Assembly (NCBI RefSeq): GCF_006345805.1
Contig: NW_021824308.1
Coordinates: forward strand, 1 to 19,203
Length of the DNA: 19,203 nt
Source of the DNA: Octopus sinensis
Taxonomy: Eukaryota
Direction of reading: 5' to 3'
Shown here: in pieces, positions 8,502 to 17,355 of the stretch
How the letters are laid out: every line of letters starts with the position of its first letter
How positions within the stretch are numbered: the first letter of the stretch is position 1
Position numbers and translations under genes: made by a program
Notes under the pieces: generated by a model
Told to the model about the DNA's origin: nothing
Database searches by the model: none
What the model saw: the letters and a program-made list of their open reading frames with translations, nothing else

Positions 8502-8693
8502 CAGAATGAATATTTTTCGGCTTTGCTCAGAATGTCCGGGGTGTTCGTCACTGAGGAAGCCAAATGTGGTCAAATACCGCATCTGACGATCCACTGACAA
8601 CATTCTGAGTGAAGCTTGTGTCTTTCAACGCACACGCCTCTTTGAGAATTTTCTCTGAGAAAAAATTTAACAGTCATTGCTCTTACACGTTTG
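8502..8693 (+). mobile_element. Hammerhead-bearing repeat module (PLE pseudo-LTR-like), right-arm copy
   Basis: Homologous to 10183-10325. The 10-bp inverted repeat CTCAGAATGT/ACATTCTGAG encloses the hammerhead-like motif. Confidence 0.5.
8545..8589 (+). ncRNA. Degenerate type I hammerhead ribozyme (family 2)
   Basis: Stem I TCGTCA/TGACGA (perfect 6 bp), CTGAGGA 8551-8557, short stem II GCC/GGT, then CAAA instead of GAAA (G12 lost), minimal helix III and an ATC triplet (8581-8583). Confidence 0.5.
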
Positions 8694-9033
8694 TAAAGGA
8701 TAAAGACCCCCTTCGGTCATGGATGACCATGGGATTGCACCTAGAAAGTTACCCTCCGAGGCACAAGTCCGAGCAAGGTTGTTTATGGAAGACAAGCAGT
8801 CGCTCATGCGTAACAGCGTCCACTTTCCACACCACCGATGTAATCCAAGGGAAAGACGAACGTCGATACAGCTTGGCACCAGTAACGATGCAACTCATTT
8901 CTACAGCAGAGTGAACTGGAGCAATGTGAAATAAAGTGTCTTGCTCAAGAACACAACACACAACCCGGTCCTGGAATCGAACTCACTACTTCATGATAGT
9001 GAGCCCGACTCTCTAACCACTGTGTTATGTATA
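8694..9033 (-). mobile_element. SINE family E (CORE-like), right palindrome arm
   Basis: Reverse complement of 6585-6924 with 4 substitutions in the head. Confidence 0.85.
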
Positions 9034-9086
9034 TACACTATAACTGCTTTACAATTTGTTATTTTAATCTATATATATATACAAAT

Positions 9087-9471
9087 GTGGAGGCGCAATG
9101 GCCCAGTGGTTAGGGCAGCGGACTCGCGGTCATAGGATCGCGGTTTCGATTCCAAGACCGGGCGTTCTGAGGTTTATTGAGCGAAAACACCTAAAGCTCC
9201 ACGAGGCTCCGGCAAGGGATGGTGGTGATCCCTGCTGTACTCTTTCACCCCACAAACTTTCTCTCACTCTTATTCCTGTTTCTGTGTTGTACCTGTATTT
9301 CAGGGGCCGGCCTTGTCATCTGTGTGTCACGCTGAATATCCCCGAGAACTACAGTAAGGGTACACATGTCTGTGGAGTGCTCAGCCACTTACACGTTAAT
9401 TTCACGAGCAGGCTGTTCCGTTGATCTGATCAACCGGAACCCTCATCGTCGTAACCGACGGAGTGCTTCCA
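9087..9471 (+). mobile_element. SINE family A, full-length copy 4
   Basis: Family A sequence. Perfect 12-bp TSD ATATATACAAAT at 9075-9086 and 9472-9483. Confidence 0.95.
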
Positions 9472-9717
9472 ATATATACAAATCAGTAGACAAATGTAAG
9501 GTTTGTGAAGGGCCATTATGTGTTTGGATAAACAGTTTGAGCAAGCAAAAAGAAAGTTTTCATATCGATCATTCATTCGATTGGACGACCTTAACTTGAA
9601 AATGGCGTGATTCATGTCGACAAAAATATCATTAGAAATTCTAATCTGTTGGAACATGCAAAAACTTTATCAATTTGCTTTCACTAAGCATATATAGATT
9701 CTTCAATAAAATCTTAT

Positions 9718-9917
9718 GGGACAGCGCATCGACTAAGTTGTTAGAGTTTCGGATAAAATACTTCGCGGTATTTTTTCCAACTCTCTCAGTTCAAATCCCG
9801 TTTGGGTTAACTTTGGATTTCATTCTTTCGCGGTCGATAAAATCCAAGGTGATAGATAAGCGAAACCAGATGCTTTGCAGTATTTTTTCTGGCTCTCTGC
9901 GTTCTGAGTTCAAATCC
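9718..9917 (+). mobile_element. Two old, degenerate family C-like SINE fragments (9718-9843 and 9866-9917)
   Basis: GCGGTATTT...CAGTTCAAATCC...TTTCATTCTTTCGCGGTCGATAAAAT and GCAGTATTT...GTTCTGAGTTCAAATCC align to the family C core. Confidence 0.6.
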
Positions 9918-10182
9918 TTCCGTGGTGGTAGACTAATCTGTCGACCGGTTTAACATCACCATTTGGCTCTTTGATGCCTATAGTGGAGTCTATTCCGTTG
10001 CAAGCTTTCGAGCCAAGTTTGAGAGTACCTTCTTCCCTCCCCCTCCCACTACCAATTTCGGAAGCCCTGCCAAAGGTTATGGGATCTGTCATCCCTTCTG
10101 ACCAAAAGAAAACTACTGACAACAAAAACGAAACAAAAATTAAGATAATTAAAGAAACGAATAAAACTAATGTTGTTATAAA

Positions 10183-10325
10183 TAGAATGTATATTCTTTG
10201 GCTTTGCTCAGAATGTCCGGAGTGCTCGTCATTGAAGAAACCAAACGAAAATATTCTGAGTGGACCTTGTGTCTTTTAACGCGCATGTCTCTTTCAGAAG
10301 TTTCTCTATAACTCAGATCATTGCC
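10183..10325 (+). mobile_element. Third, internally deleted copy of the hammerhead family 2 module
   Basis: GGCTTTGCTCAGAATGTCCGG...CGTCATTGAAGA...CGAAA...ATTCTGAGTG...TTGTGTCTTT aligns to 8503-8670. Confidence 0.65.
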
Positions 10326-10675
10326 AGGAAATTCTGTTACAAGAAGAATGGGATTTAATTGAACACTTCCTGTAGCATTACAATAAAACTAAAGTTTTAT
10401 GGGTTTTGTTAACCAAGTGACTAAAATTAAATACAAGAAGTACACACAAGAAATGACCGGGAATAAACATTTGAGAACCAAACCCTTTTATTTAATCTCA
10501 AAGGAATACTCTATGCGCTACATTTTACGTTATCAAATAAATGTAAGCACCAGTTCACCATTCTGTCCTATTTGATCCAAGTATAAATTCAGCTGATATA
10601 GCGTTGTTAGCGTGAAAATGGTTTCTTTACCTTATTTTGAATCAGTTAATTTTTTTAATGACTGTTTATTGTGGA

Positions 10676-11074
10676 CTAGCAGTATCGCCCGGCGTTGCTC
10701 GGGTTTGTAAGGGAAATAACTATATGTAAGCATTTTTAGAGAGTTATAGTAAAAAAAATAGCAAAAAAATGCAGTAAAAATGGAAAAAAATGATGGTAAA
10801 TTTTTTTTAAATCGTTGACTCATCGTAGACATTTTTAGAGAGTTACTTCCCTTTTTTTAATAGCGAAAAAATGCATTAAAATGGAAAAAAATTATGGTAA
10901 TTTTTTTTTTAATCGTAGACTCATCGTAGACGCGCGCTAATACCCAGAAGGGCTCGATATGAATCACGACTATAAGATACCCGGTTTTGGTTAAACTGCA
11001 CCGCAAAATGTGGGAGTAGTTAGGAATCTAAATCGTAGGAGACAGACACACAACCTTACTTTTATATATAAAGA
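10676..11074 (-). mobile_element. Non-autonomous Helitron
   Basis: Minus strand A|TC...CTAG|T with no TSD. Subterminal hairpin CCCGAGCAACGCCGGG (plus 10688-10703) lies 8 nt before CTAG. Internal ~100-bp tandem duplication. Confidence 0.85.
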
Positions 11075-11358
11075 TATCCTTTCATTTTCGGTAAAACTAA
11101 TGTTCGGCTCCCATTTCTTGCTAAACTATTTATTTAAATTAATCACTAAATGCTCTAAATGGGTTCGCTGTTGAGAACTCCAAGGTAGGGTTAAGAATAG
11201 GTATTGCGAAGACTGAGACATTAGACTTTCAGGAAAGTCTTTCCCGAGCACTCTGCATCTTAGTGAAACATCACAAAGACAAATGCAAACGTTTTATTAT
11301 CTCGGGGCCGTATTTGCTGAAACAACTAAAACAATAAAAAACACTATGCCATTTTAAT

Positions 11359-11381
11359 GCAATGCCGTGTATATCTGCTAG
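11359..11381 (+). mobile_element. Decayed Helitron 3'-end remnant
   Basis: GCAATGCCGTGTATATCTGCTAG|T resembles GCAACGCCGGGCGATACTGCTAG|T of the neighbouring Helitron. The left half of the hairpin is absent. Confidence 0.4.
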
Positions 11382-11404
11382 TTCTTTATAAAGAAATATA
11401 TATG

Positions 11405-11571
11405 TAGGCGCAGGAGTGGCTGTGTGGTAAGTAGCTTGCTTACCAACCACATGGTTCCGGGTTCAGTCCCACTGCGTGGCACCTTGGGCAAGTGTCTTCT
11501 GCTATAGCCCCGGGCCTACCAATGCCTTATGAGTGGATTTGGTAGACGGAAACTGAAAGAAGCCTGTCGTA

Positions 11572-11650
<79 letters not shown>

Positions 11651-11868
11651 TTGCGTGTCTGTGTTTGTCCCCCTAGCATTGCTTGACAACCGATGCTGGT
11701 GTGTTTATGTCCCCGTCACTTAGCGGTTCGGCAAAAGAGACCGATAGAGTAAGTACTGGGCTTACAAAGAATAAGTCCCGGGGTCGATTTGCTCGACTAA
11801 AGGCGGTGCTCCAGCATGGCCGCAGTCAAATGACTGAAACAAGTAAAAGAATAAAAGAAAGAAAAGAA
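11405..11868 (+). mobile_element. SINE family B, copy 2 (long internal (TA)n)
   Basis: Family B head, ~60-bp internal (TA)n then (TG)n, and a TAAAAGA-type tail. Confidence 0.92.
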
Positions 11869-11892
11869 TATGTATATCTATATAGAGAGAGA

Positions 11893-12052
11893 CTGGCCTC
11901 CATACAGTTTCTGTCTACTAAATCCACTCAAAGCATTGGTTGACCAGGGGCTGCAGTAGAAGACACTTGCCCAAAGCGATGCGCAAGGGACTGAACCCAA
12001 AACCACACGGTTACAAAGCGAGGTTCCTAACTACACAACCAAACTTGCGCCT
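11893..12052 (-). mobile_element. Older family B-related SINE, 5' half
   Basis: Reverse complement GGCGCAAGTTTGGTTGTGTAG...GGGTTCAGTCCC...TTGGGCAAGTGTCTTC...GAGTGGATTTAGTAGACAGAAACTG. Confidence 0.75.
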
Positions 12053-12299
12053 TCAATTGAATTTCATATCAGTTAAGGGCAATCCTCTGAAAGCCAGGAT
12101 TAAACATATAAACTTTGCGTGACAAACCTAATGACCTTTCCAACAGATCGATAAATGAGAAAATAAAAAAAAAAAACTTAAAACATTCGTTTTAAACTGA
12201 TGTTATAAGAAATTATTCTATTTAATGTAAGAAATCGTTATTTACATACAAACATCTTGACAACCATCAAGAGGCATCCTGTCATTTGGTTAAGTATAG

Positions 12300-12307
12300 A
12301 ATAATAC

Positions 12308-12360
<53 letters not shown>

Positions 12361-12378
12361 TATAAAATAATAATAATA
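12300..12378. repeat. (TAA)n microsatellite
   Basis: Direct inspection. Confidence 0.95.
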
Positions 12379-12384
12379 TATATA

Positions 12385-12936
12385 TGCCCTGATGCCAGTA
12401 CCAGGCAGTGGCTCTCATGGCTTCTGATCTTAACTGATTGGAAGTGTTATCATGTACATTGTTTTGTCTTGGTATAAAAGATGGGCTATAAAATATTCTG
12501 CTCAATACCACAGATTTGCTGTCGTTGTTTGACCTTAACCAGTTGAGCATGTCCCTTAGTGGCTGACGATATGTGCATCTCTGATCACGAGCAGAAGTAG
12601 TGGGGGAGCATCATAGCCATGTGTTGAGAGGGATTCTTTGGGGTTTGAATAGTTCACCTCTGGAAACATGGGTGGTTCTTTCAACATCCTTAAACAACCC
12701 TTATTCAGGGACCGTTTGAGCGGGATGGGCTACTCAACCTGAAGAAAATTCTAACTGGGCCCCACCTGCAAGGTCATGTGCTGTTTATCTTGATATGAGA
12801 TCACCATGTCGCGCACATATGGTTGTGATGCATGTGCCTGGTGTACCTTTATCAGACGGGTAGTCATGATGGGTATATTGGGCTTCGTATATTTTACCCC
12901 AGTGTCACTTTGATGGCATGAACTGCTCTCTCACTC
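12385..12936 (+). mobile_element. Probable 5'-truncated non-LTR retrotransposon 3' end (possibly Dong/R4-like)
   Basis: ~550-bp complex segment, GC-richer than its flanks, with (TAA)n on both sides and ending CTCTCTCACTC(AAT)n. No ORF confirms the clade. Confidence 0.45.
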
Positions 12937-13092
12937 AATAATAATAATAATATTAATAATATAATAATAATAATAATTTAATAATAATTAAAGATGATGA
13001 TGGTGGTGGTGATGATGATGATAATGATGAAGTGACGATGATGATAATGAGTAGTAGTAGTAGTGGTGGTGGTGGTGGTGGTGGTGGTGGTG

Positions 13093-13149
<57 letters not shown>

Positions 13150-13150
13150 A
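12937..13150. repeat. Compound trinucleotide array (AAT)n-(GAT)n-(AGT)n-(GGT)n-(AGT)n
   Basis: Direct inspection. It accounts for the poly-Thr ORF. Confidence 0.95.
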
Positions 13151-13276
13151 TGAGGCTTTCTTTATTTGAAGCAGCAGGGCACATACGTACTATACGAACT
13201 AATAATTGTGGGTTGCAAAAACAGGTGTCGTAGACAAGCAAGTTACTTTAAAAAAAAGGTCAGTTGCAACAAAGAC

Positions 13277-13317
13277 ACATACATACATACATACAATACA
13301 ATACAATACAATCCATA
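13277..13317. repeat. (ACAT)n-(ACAAT)n microsatellite
   Basis: Direct inspection. Confidence 0.85.
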
Positions 13318-13443
13318 ACCGAAAGAGCTACGAATAGCTTTATGTTATTATAATACTTTAACTAGGCATATTTATAAAATACGCCATGTATCTGCAATCA
13401 ATCTTTCAGGCTCTGTTTACATGTTATATATAGTTTAAAAACA

Positions 13444-13765
13444 GTGAGGGCGCGTGGCTTAGTGGTTAGGGCATTCGGCTCATGATCGTAAGGTTGTGAG
13501 TTCGATTCCCGGCGACGCGTTGTGTCCTTGAGCAAGACACTTTATTTCACGTTGCTCCAGTCCACTCAGCTGACAAAAATGAGTTGTACTTGTATTTCAA
13601 AGGGTCAGCCTTGTCACTCTGTGTCACGCTGATTATCCCCGGGAACTACGTTAAGGGTACACGTGTCTGTGGAATGCTCAGCCATTTGCACGTTAATTTC
13701 ACGAGCAAGCTGTTCCGTTGATCGTATCAGCTGGGACCTTCGTCGTCGTAACCGGCGGAGTCTTA
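13444..13765 (+). mobile_element. Mosaic SINE family F: tRNA head + CORE-like domain (as in E) + 3' region of family A
   Basis: A-box TGGCTTAGTGG and B-box GTTCGATTCC. TTGTGTCCTTGAGCAAGACAC block shared with E; from 13583 it matches family A. Perfect 12-bp TSD AGTTTAAAAACA at 13432-13443 and 13766-13777. Confidence 0.9.
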
Positions 13766-14772
13766 AGTTTAAAAACAAAGACACTGGGCAATGAGAAAAT
13801 AAGAGAAAAAAATGCTGAAAATAAAACGCGAAAAAAGTTAATGCAAAAAATGGAACGGGGAGAAAGAAACGAAGGCAAGAAACCCAAAATCCCTGTCCTC
13901 CCTGGTTGCAAAAACCCGAAATTAATATAGTTGGTATAGAGCATAGCTTCTCAAAGTGGACGATTTCAATTTACAGGTGGGCAATGGGCGAATTTCTAGA
14001 AAATGATGGACGATTTGAGACTTTGGTGAGCGATATGAACATTTTGTGGGTGACATTGAGTTTTTAGAAATTAATTCTGAGTTTACTGATATCTTGGCAT
14101 GCCTAGAATAAGGATGTACTTTTATCGATTTGACTACTCGCATTTTATTCAAAAAAAAAGCGGACTTTTTTATCGATCGAATATTTTTGTCGCAGTCATT
14201 GAGATGGTTGTCATGCATGCTAAAAATAGCAGTCAAATAAGCCTAAGCCTTAAATCACACTCCACTACAATTTTTTTTTTTTTTACATAATCGCTATGAA
14301 TTCAAATTCGGAAAAAATTTCTGAAAACTCCGAAAAATAAAAAAGTTATGAGGGGTTATATGTAATGCGTGATTCTGTGCTATTTTTAGGATGTTGATAA
14401 AATGTGCAGTCACGCACAAAATGACAGCTTTGAAATCGTGTTTCTTGACTGGGTGAAAATAATCAAACTTTAAACTTCTATAACTTTTTAAAAACTTTTT
14501 TCTGGAAAAAGTTGAATAGCTCCAGCAATTTAGCTTAGAAAGGTACATTAATGTGCCAAATTCTAAAATTTTCGATAAACTTTAATTTTTGAAATGCTGG
14601 CAGCCAAACGAACTAGATCCGTATTTGTCCCAGTAAAGACATGTCATCTGACTCTGCTCTATTGACTTCTTCTCTTTTGGAATTCTATACTGCCTTTCCC
14701 ACGCCGTCTGTAGAAATTCGTTTTCACATTTTCACTTTACTGATGCCTCCAGTACTGATGCCTCCGTATCGG

Positions 14773-15133
14773 AGACCGGCAGCCTATTCGGCTCCGATAC
14801 AGTTCGGGTACGTGATATTAATAAACCACAAAAATGGCTAAACATGGATATCCAATATGATAACCGAAGAGATGGTGTTGTGGATTTCCACTTCGGCATC
14901 CGAAACTCAGAGTTTTATCTTGACTATTGTATAATTGTACATATTATTTTATTTATATATATATATTACTCTCTCAAAGCACCGAATCTTAAAACACCTG
15001 AAAATCAAAGACAGGTGAGACAACTCTCCTCAAATACGATTCAGGAGTATTGGATATCCATGTTTAGCCATTTTTTGTGGCTTATCAATATCACGTACCC
15101 GAACCGTATCGGAGCCGAATAGACTGCCGGTCT
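14773..15133. mobile_element. MITE-like element with ~85-bp terminal inverted repeats
   Basis: 14773-14857 versus reverse complement of 15048-15133: 4 substitutions and 1 indel. TSD not resolved. Confidence 0.7.
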
Positions 15134-15174
15134 ACGACTTATATGCACATAGTGTGAAAACTATGTGCTGGTAT

Positions 15175-15740
15175 GTCTTGTGGATTAACTTGGTAAACAA
15201 AAACTGTGTGATAGCCGTCGTAAATAAATACATATACACACTCCTATAGGCGCAGGAGTGGCTGTGTGGTAAGTAGCTTGCTTACCAACCACATGGTTCT
15301 GGGTTCAGTCACACTGCGTGGCATCTTGGGCGAGTGTCTTCTGCTATAGCCCCGGGCCGACCAATGCCTTGTGAGTGGATTTGGTAGACGGAAATTGAAA
15401 GAAGCCCGTCGTATATATGTATATATATATATGCGTGTGTGTGTTTGTGTGTCTATGTTTGTCCCCCTAGCATTGCTTGACAACCGATGCTGGTGTGTTT
15501 ATGTCCCCGATACTTAGCGGTTCGGCAAAAGAGACCGATAGAATAAGTACTGGGCTTACAAAAGAATAAGTCCTGGGGTCGAGTTGCTCGATTAAAAAAG
15601 GCGGTGCTCCAGCATGGCCGCAGTCAAATGACTGAAACAAGTTAACGAGTTAAAGAGTTAAAGACATGTGCACGTGCGCGTGCGCGTGTCCGTGAGCCTT
15701 TGTGTTTGTGTTCGCACCCACCACGCCGTCGCTTGCAGCG
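15175..15740 (+). mobile_element. Old family B-like SINE split by a younger B copy
   Basis: 5' part TCTTGTGG...TTGGTAAACAAAAACTG...GCCGTCGT (15175-15222) and 3' part GTGTTTGTGTTCGCACCCACCACGCCGTCGCTTG (15702-15735) flank copy 3. Confidence 0.5.
15246..15664 (+). mobile_element. SINE family B, copy 3
   Basis: Family B sequence with an (AGTTAAAG)n-type tail. Confidence 0.92.
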
Positions 15741-15961
15741 GTCCAACAAAACAAGTACGAGACATAAATAACAAGTAGTTACAACATGGAAGACAAAGCG
15801 AACTTATCAGTTTCACGTCCAATGAGAGAAAAGAAGGTAGCAGGTGCGCCTAGAACGATTGGAATTTGATATTAGTGGGACTTGAAATCTCATAGCATTG
15901 TACAAAATATTTCATAAAGTATTTAGAGTTACACATTAACGTTTTAACCAACGTACTGGTC

Positions 15962-16697
15962 TCCTTTCTACTTTATGGGCACAAGGCCTGAAATTTGGTG
16001 GGGGGGTCACTAGTCGACTCCAATGCTCAAGTGGTACTTATTTAATCGACCCCGAAAGAATGAAAGACAAAGTCTACTTTGGCGGAATTTGAACTCAGAA
16101 CGAAATATCTATTTCTTTACTACCCACAAGGGGCTAAACACAGAGAGGACAAACAAGGACAGACAAACGGATAAGGTCGATTATATCTACCCCAGTGCGT
16201 AACTGGTACTTATTTAATCGACCCCGAAGAATGAAAGACAAAGTCGCCTCGGCGGAATATGAACTCAGAACGTAACGGCAGGTGAAATACCTATTTCTTT
16301 ACTACCCACAAGGGGCTAAACACAGAGAGGACAAACAAGGACAGACAAACGGATAAGGTCGATTATATCTACCCCAGTGCGTAACTGGTACTTATTTAAT
16401 CGACCCCGAAAGAATGAAAGACAAAGTCGACCTCGGCGGAATATGAACTCAGAACGTAACGGCAGGTGAAATACCTATTTCTTTACTACCCACAAGGGGC
16501 TAAACACAGAGAGGACAAACAAGGACAGACAAACGGATTAGGTCGATTATATCTACCCCAGTGCGTAACTCCTACTTATTTAATCGACCCCGAAAGGATG
16601 AAAGACAAAGTCTACTTTGGCGGAATTTGAACTCATAACGAAATACCGCTAAGCATTTTTTCCAGGGTGCTAATGATTCTGCCGGCTCGCCGCCTTA
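15962..16697 (-). mobile_element. Family C composite SINE: head-[core-tail2]x3-core-tail1
   Basis: Head TAAGGCGGCGAGCCGGCAGAATC at 16697. Units begin (plus strand) at 16109, 16291 and 16475 (periods 182 and 184). Tail1 at 15962-16010. Confidence 0.85.
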
Positions 16698-16846
16698 ACC
16701 AACATGCTTATCTGAAATATCATAATGCAAAGCATATACATCTCATCTCGATCTAATAACAGTCTGAGGGTAGTAAATGCAAAATTAAGATTTTTTAAAC
16801 TCATCCTACAGGCAGTCACAATGCAAAAAAAAATAAATAAATAGAT

Positions 16847-17249
16847 ATAGGCGCAGGAGTGGCTGTGTGGTAAGTAGCTTGCTAACCAACCACATGGTTC
16901 CGGGTTCAGTCACACTGCGTGGCATCTTGGGCAAGTGTCTTCTGCTATAGCCTCGGGCCGACCAAAGCCTTGTGAGTGGATTTGGTAGACGGAAACTGAA
17001 AGAAGCCTGTCGTATATATGTATATATATATAAGTGTGTGTGTATATGTTTGTGTGTCTGTGTTTGTCCACCTAGCATTGCTTGACAACCGCTGCTGGTG
17101 TGTTTACGTCCCCGTCACTTAGCGGTTCGGCAAAAGAGACCGATAAAATAAGTACTGGGCTTACAAAGAATAAGTCCCGGGGTCGATTTGCTCGACTAAA
17201 GGCGGTGCTCCAGCATGGCCGCAGTCTAAAAGAAAAAAAAAAAAAAAAA
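16847..17249 (+). mobile_element. SINE family B, copy 4 (16-bp 3' deletion, poly-A tail)
   Basis: Family B sequence lacking AAATGACTGAAACAAG before TAAAAGA. Confidence 0.92.
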
Positions 17250-17269
17250 GATATATGAAACTAAATATT

Positions 17270-17340
17270 GGTTTCAAATTTTGACACACGGCCAGCAATT
17301 TCTGGGGTGGGTAACTTGTTTGTACCAGCCTGCCACCTTA
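17270..17340 (-). mobile_element. Family C internal-deletion derivative (head end joined to tail3)
   Basis: GGTTTCAAATTTTGACACACGGCCAGCAATT (tail3, as at 2209) joined to CCAGCCTGCCACCTTA (5' end). Flanked by similar 15-mers. Confidence 0.6.
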
Positions 17341-17355
17341 ATGAAGCGAAATATT

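Larger units (their letters stand above)
6547..9071. repeat. ~2.5-kb quasi-palindrome (outer arms 6547-7120/8498-9071; inner arms 7734-8103/8106-8474; 2-nt spacer)
   Basis: Manual reverse-complement comparison. Outer arms: 8 substitutions in 574 bp. Inner arms: 8 small indel sites. About 590 bp (7153-7733) is present only in the left arm. Confidence 0.95.

Noticed and set aside
12978-13241. Poly-Thr (mucin-like) ORF
   Set aside because: Translation of (GGT)n/(AGT)n repeats with no coding context.
13935-14260. hAT/Charlie-like terminus CATAGCTTCTCAAAGTGG
   Set aside because: No matching inverted end or TSD located.
14290-14600. DNA-transposon-like AT-rich segment with AAAAGTTAT/ATAACTTTT motifs
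   Set aside because: No definable termini, TSD or second copy in the window.
16109-16645. CRISPR-like array
   Set aside because: Eukaryotic context, and the whole ~183-bp units are repeated with no unique spacers. They are SINE-derived.
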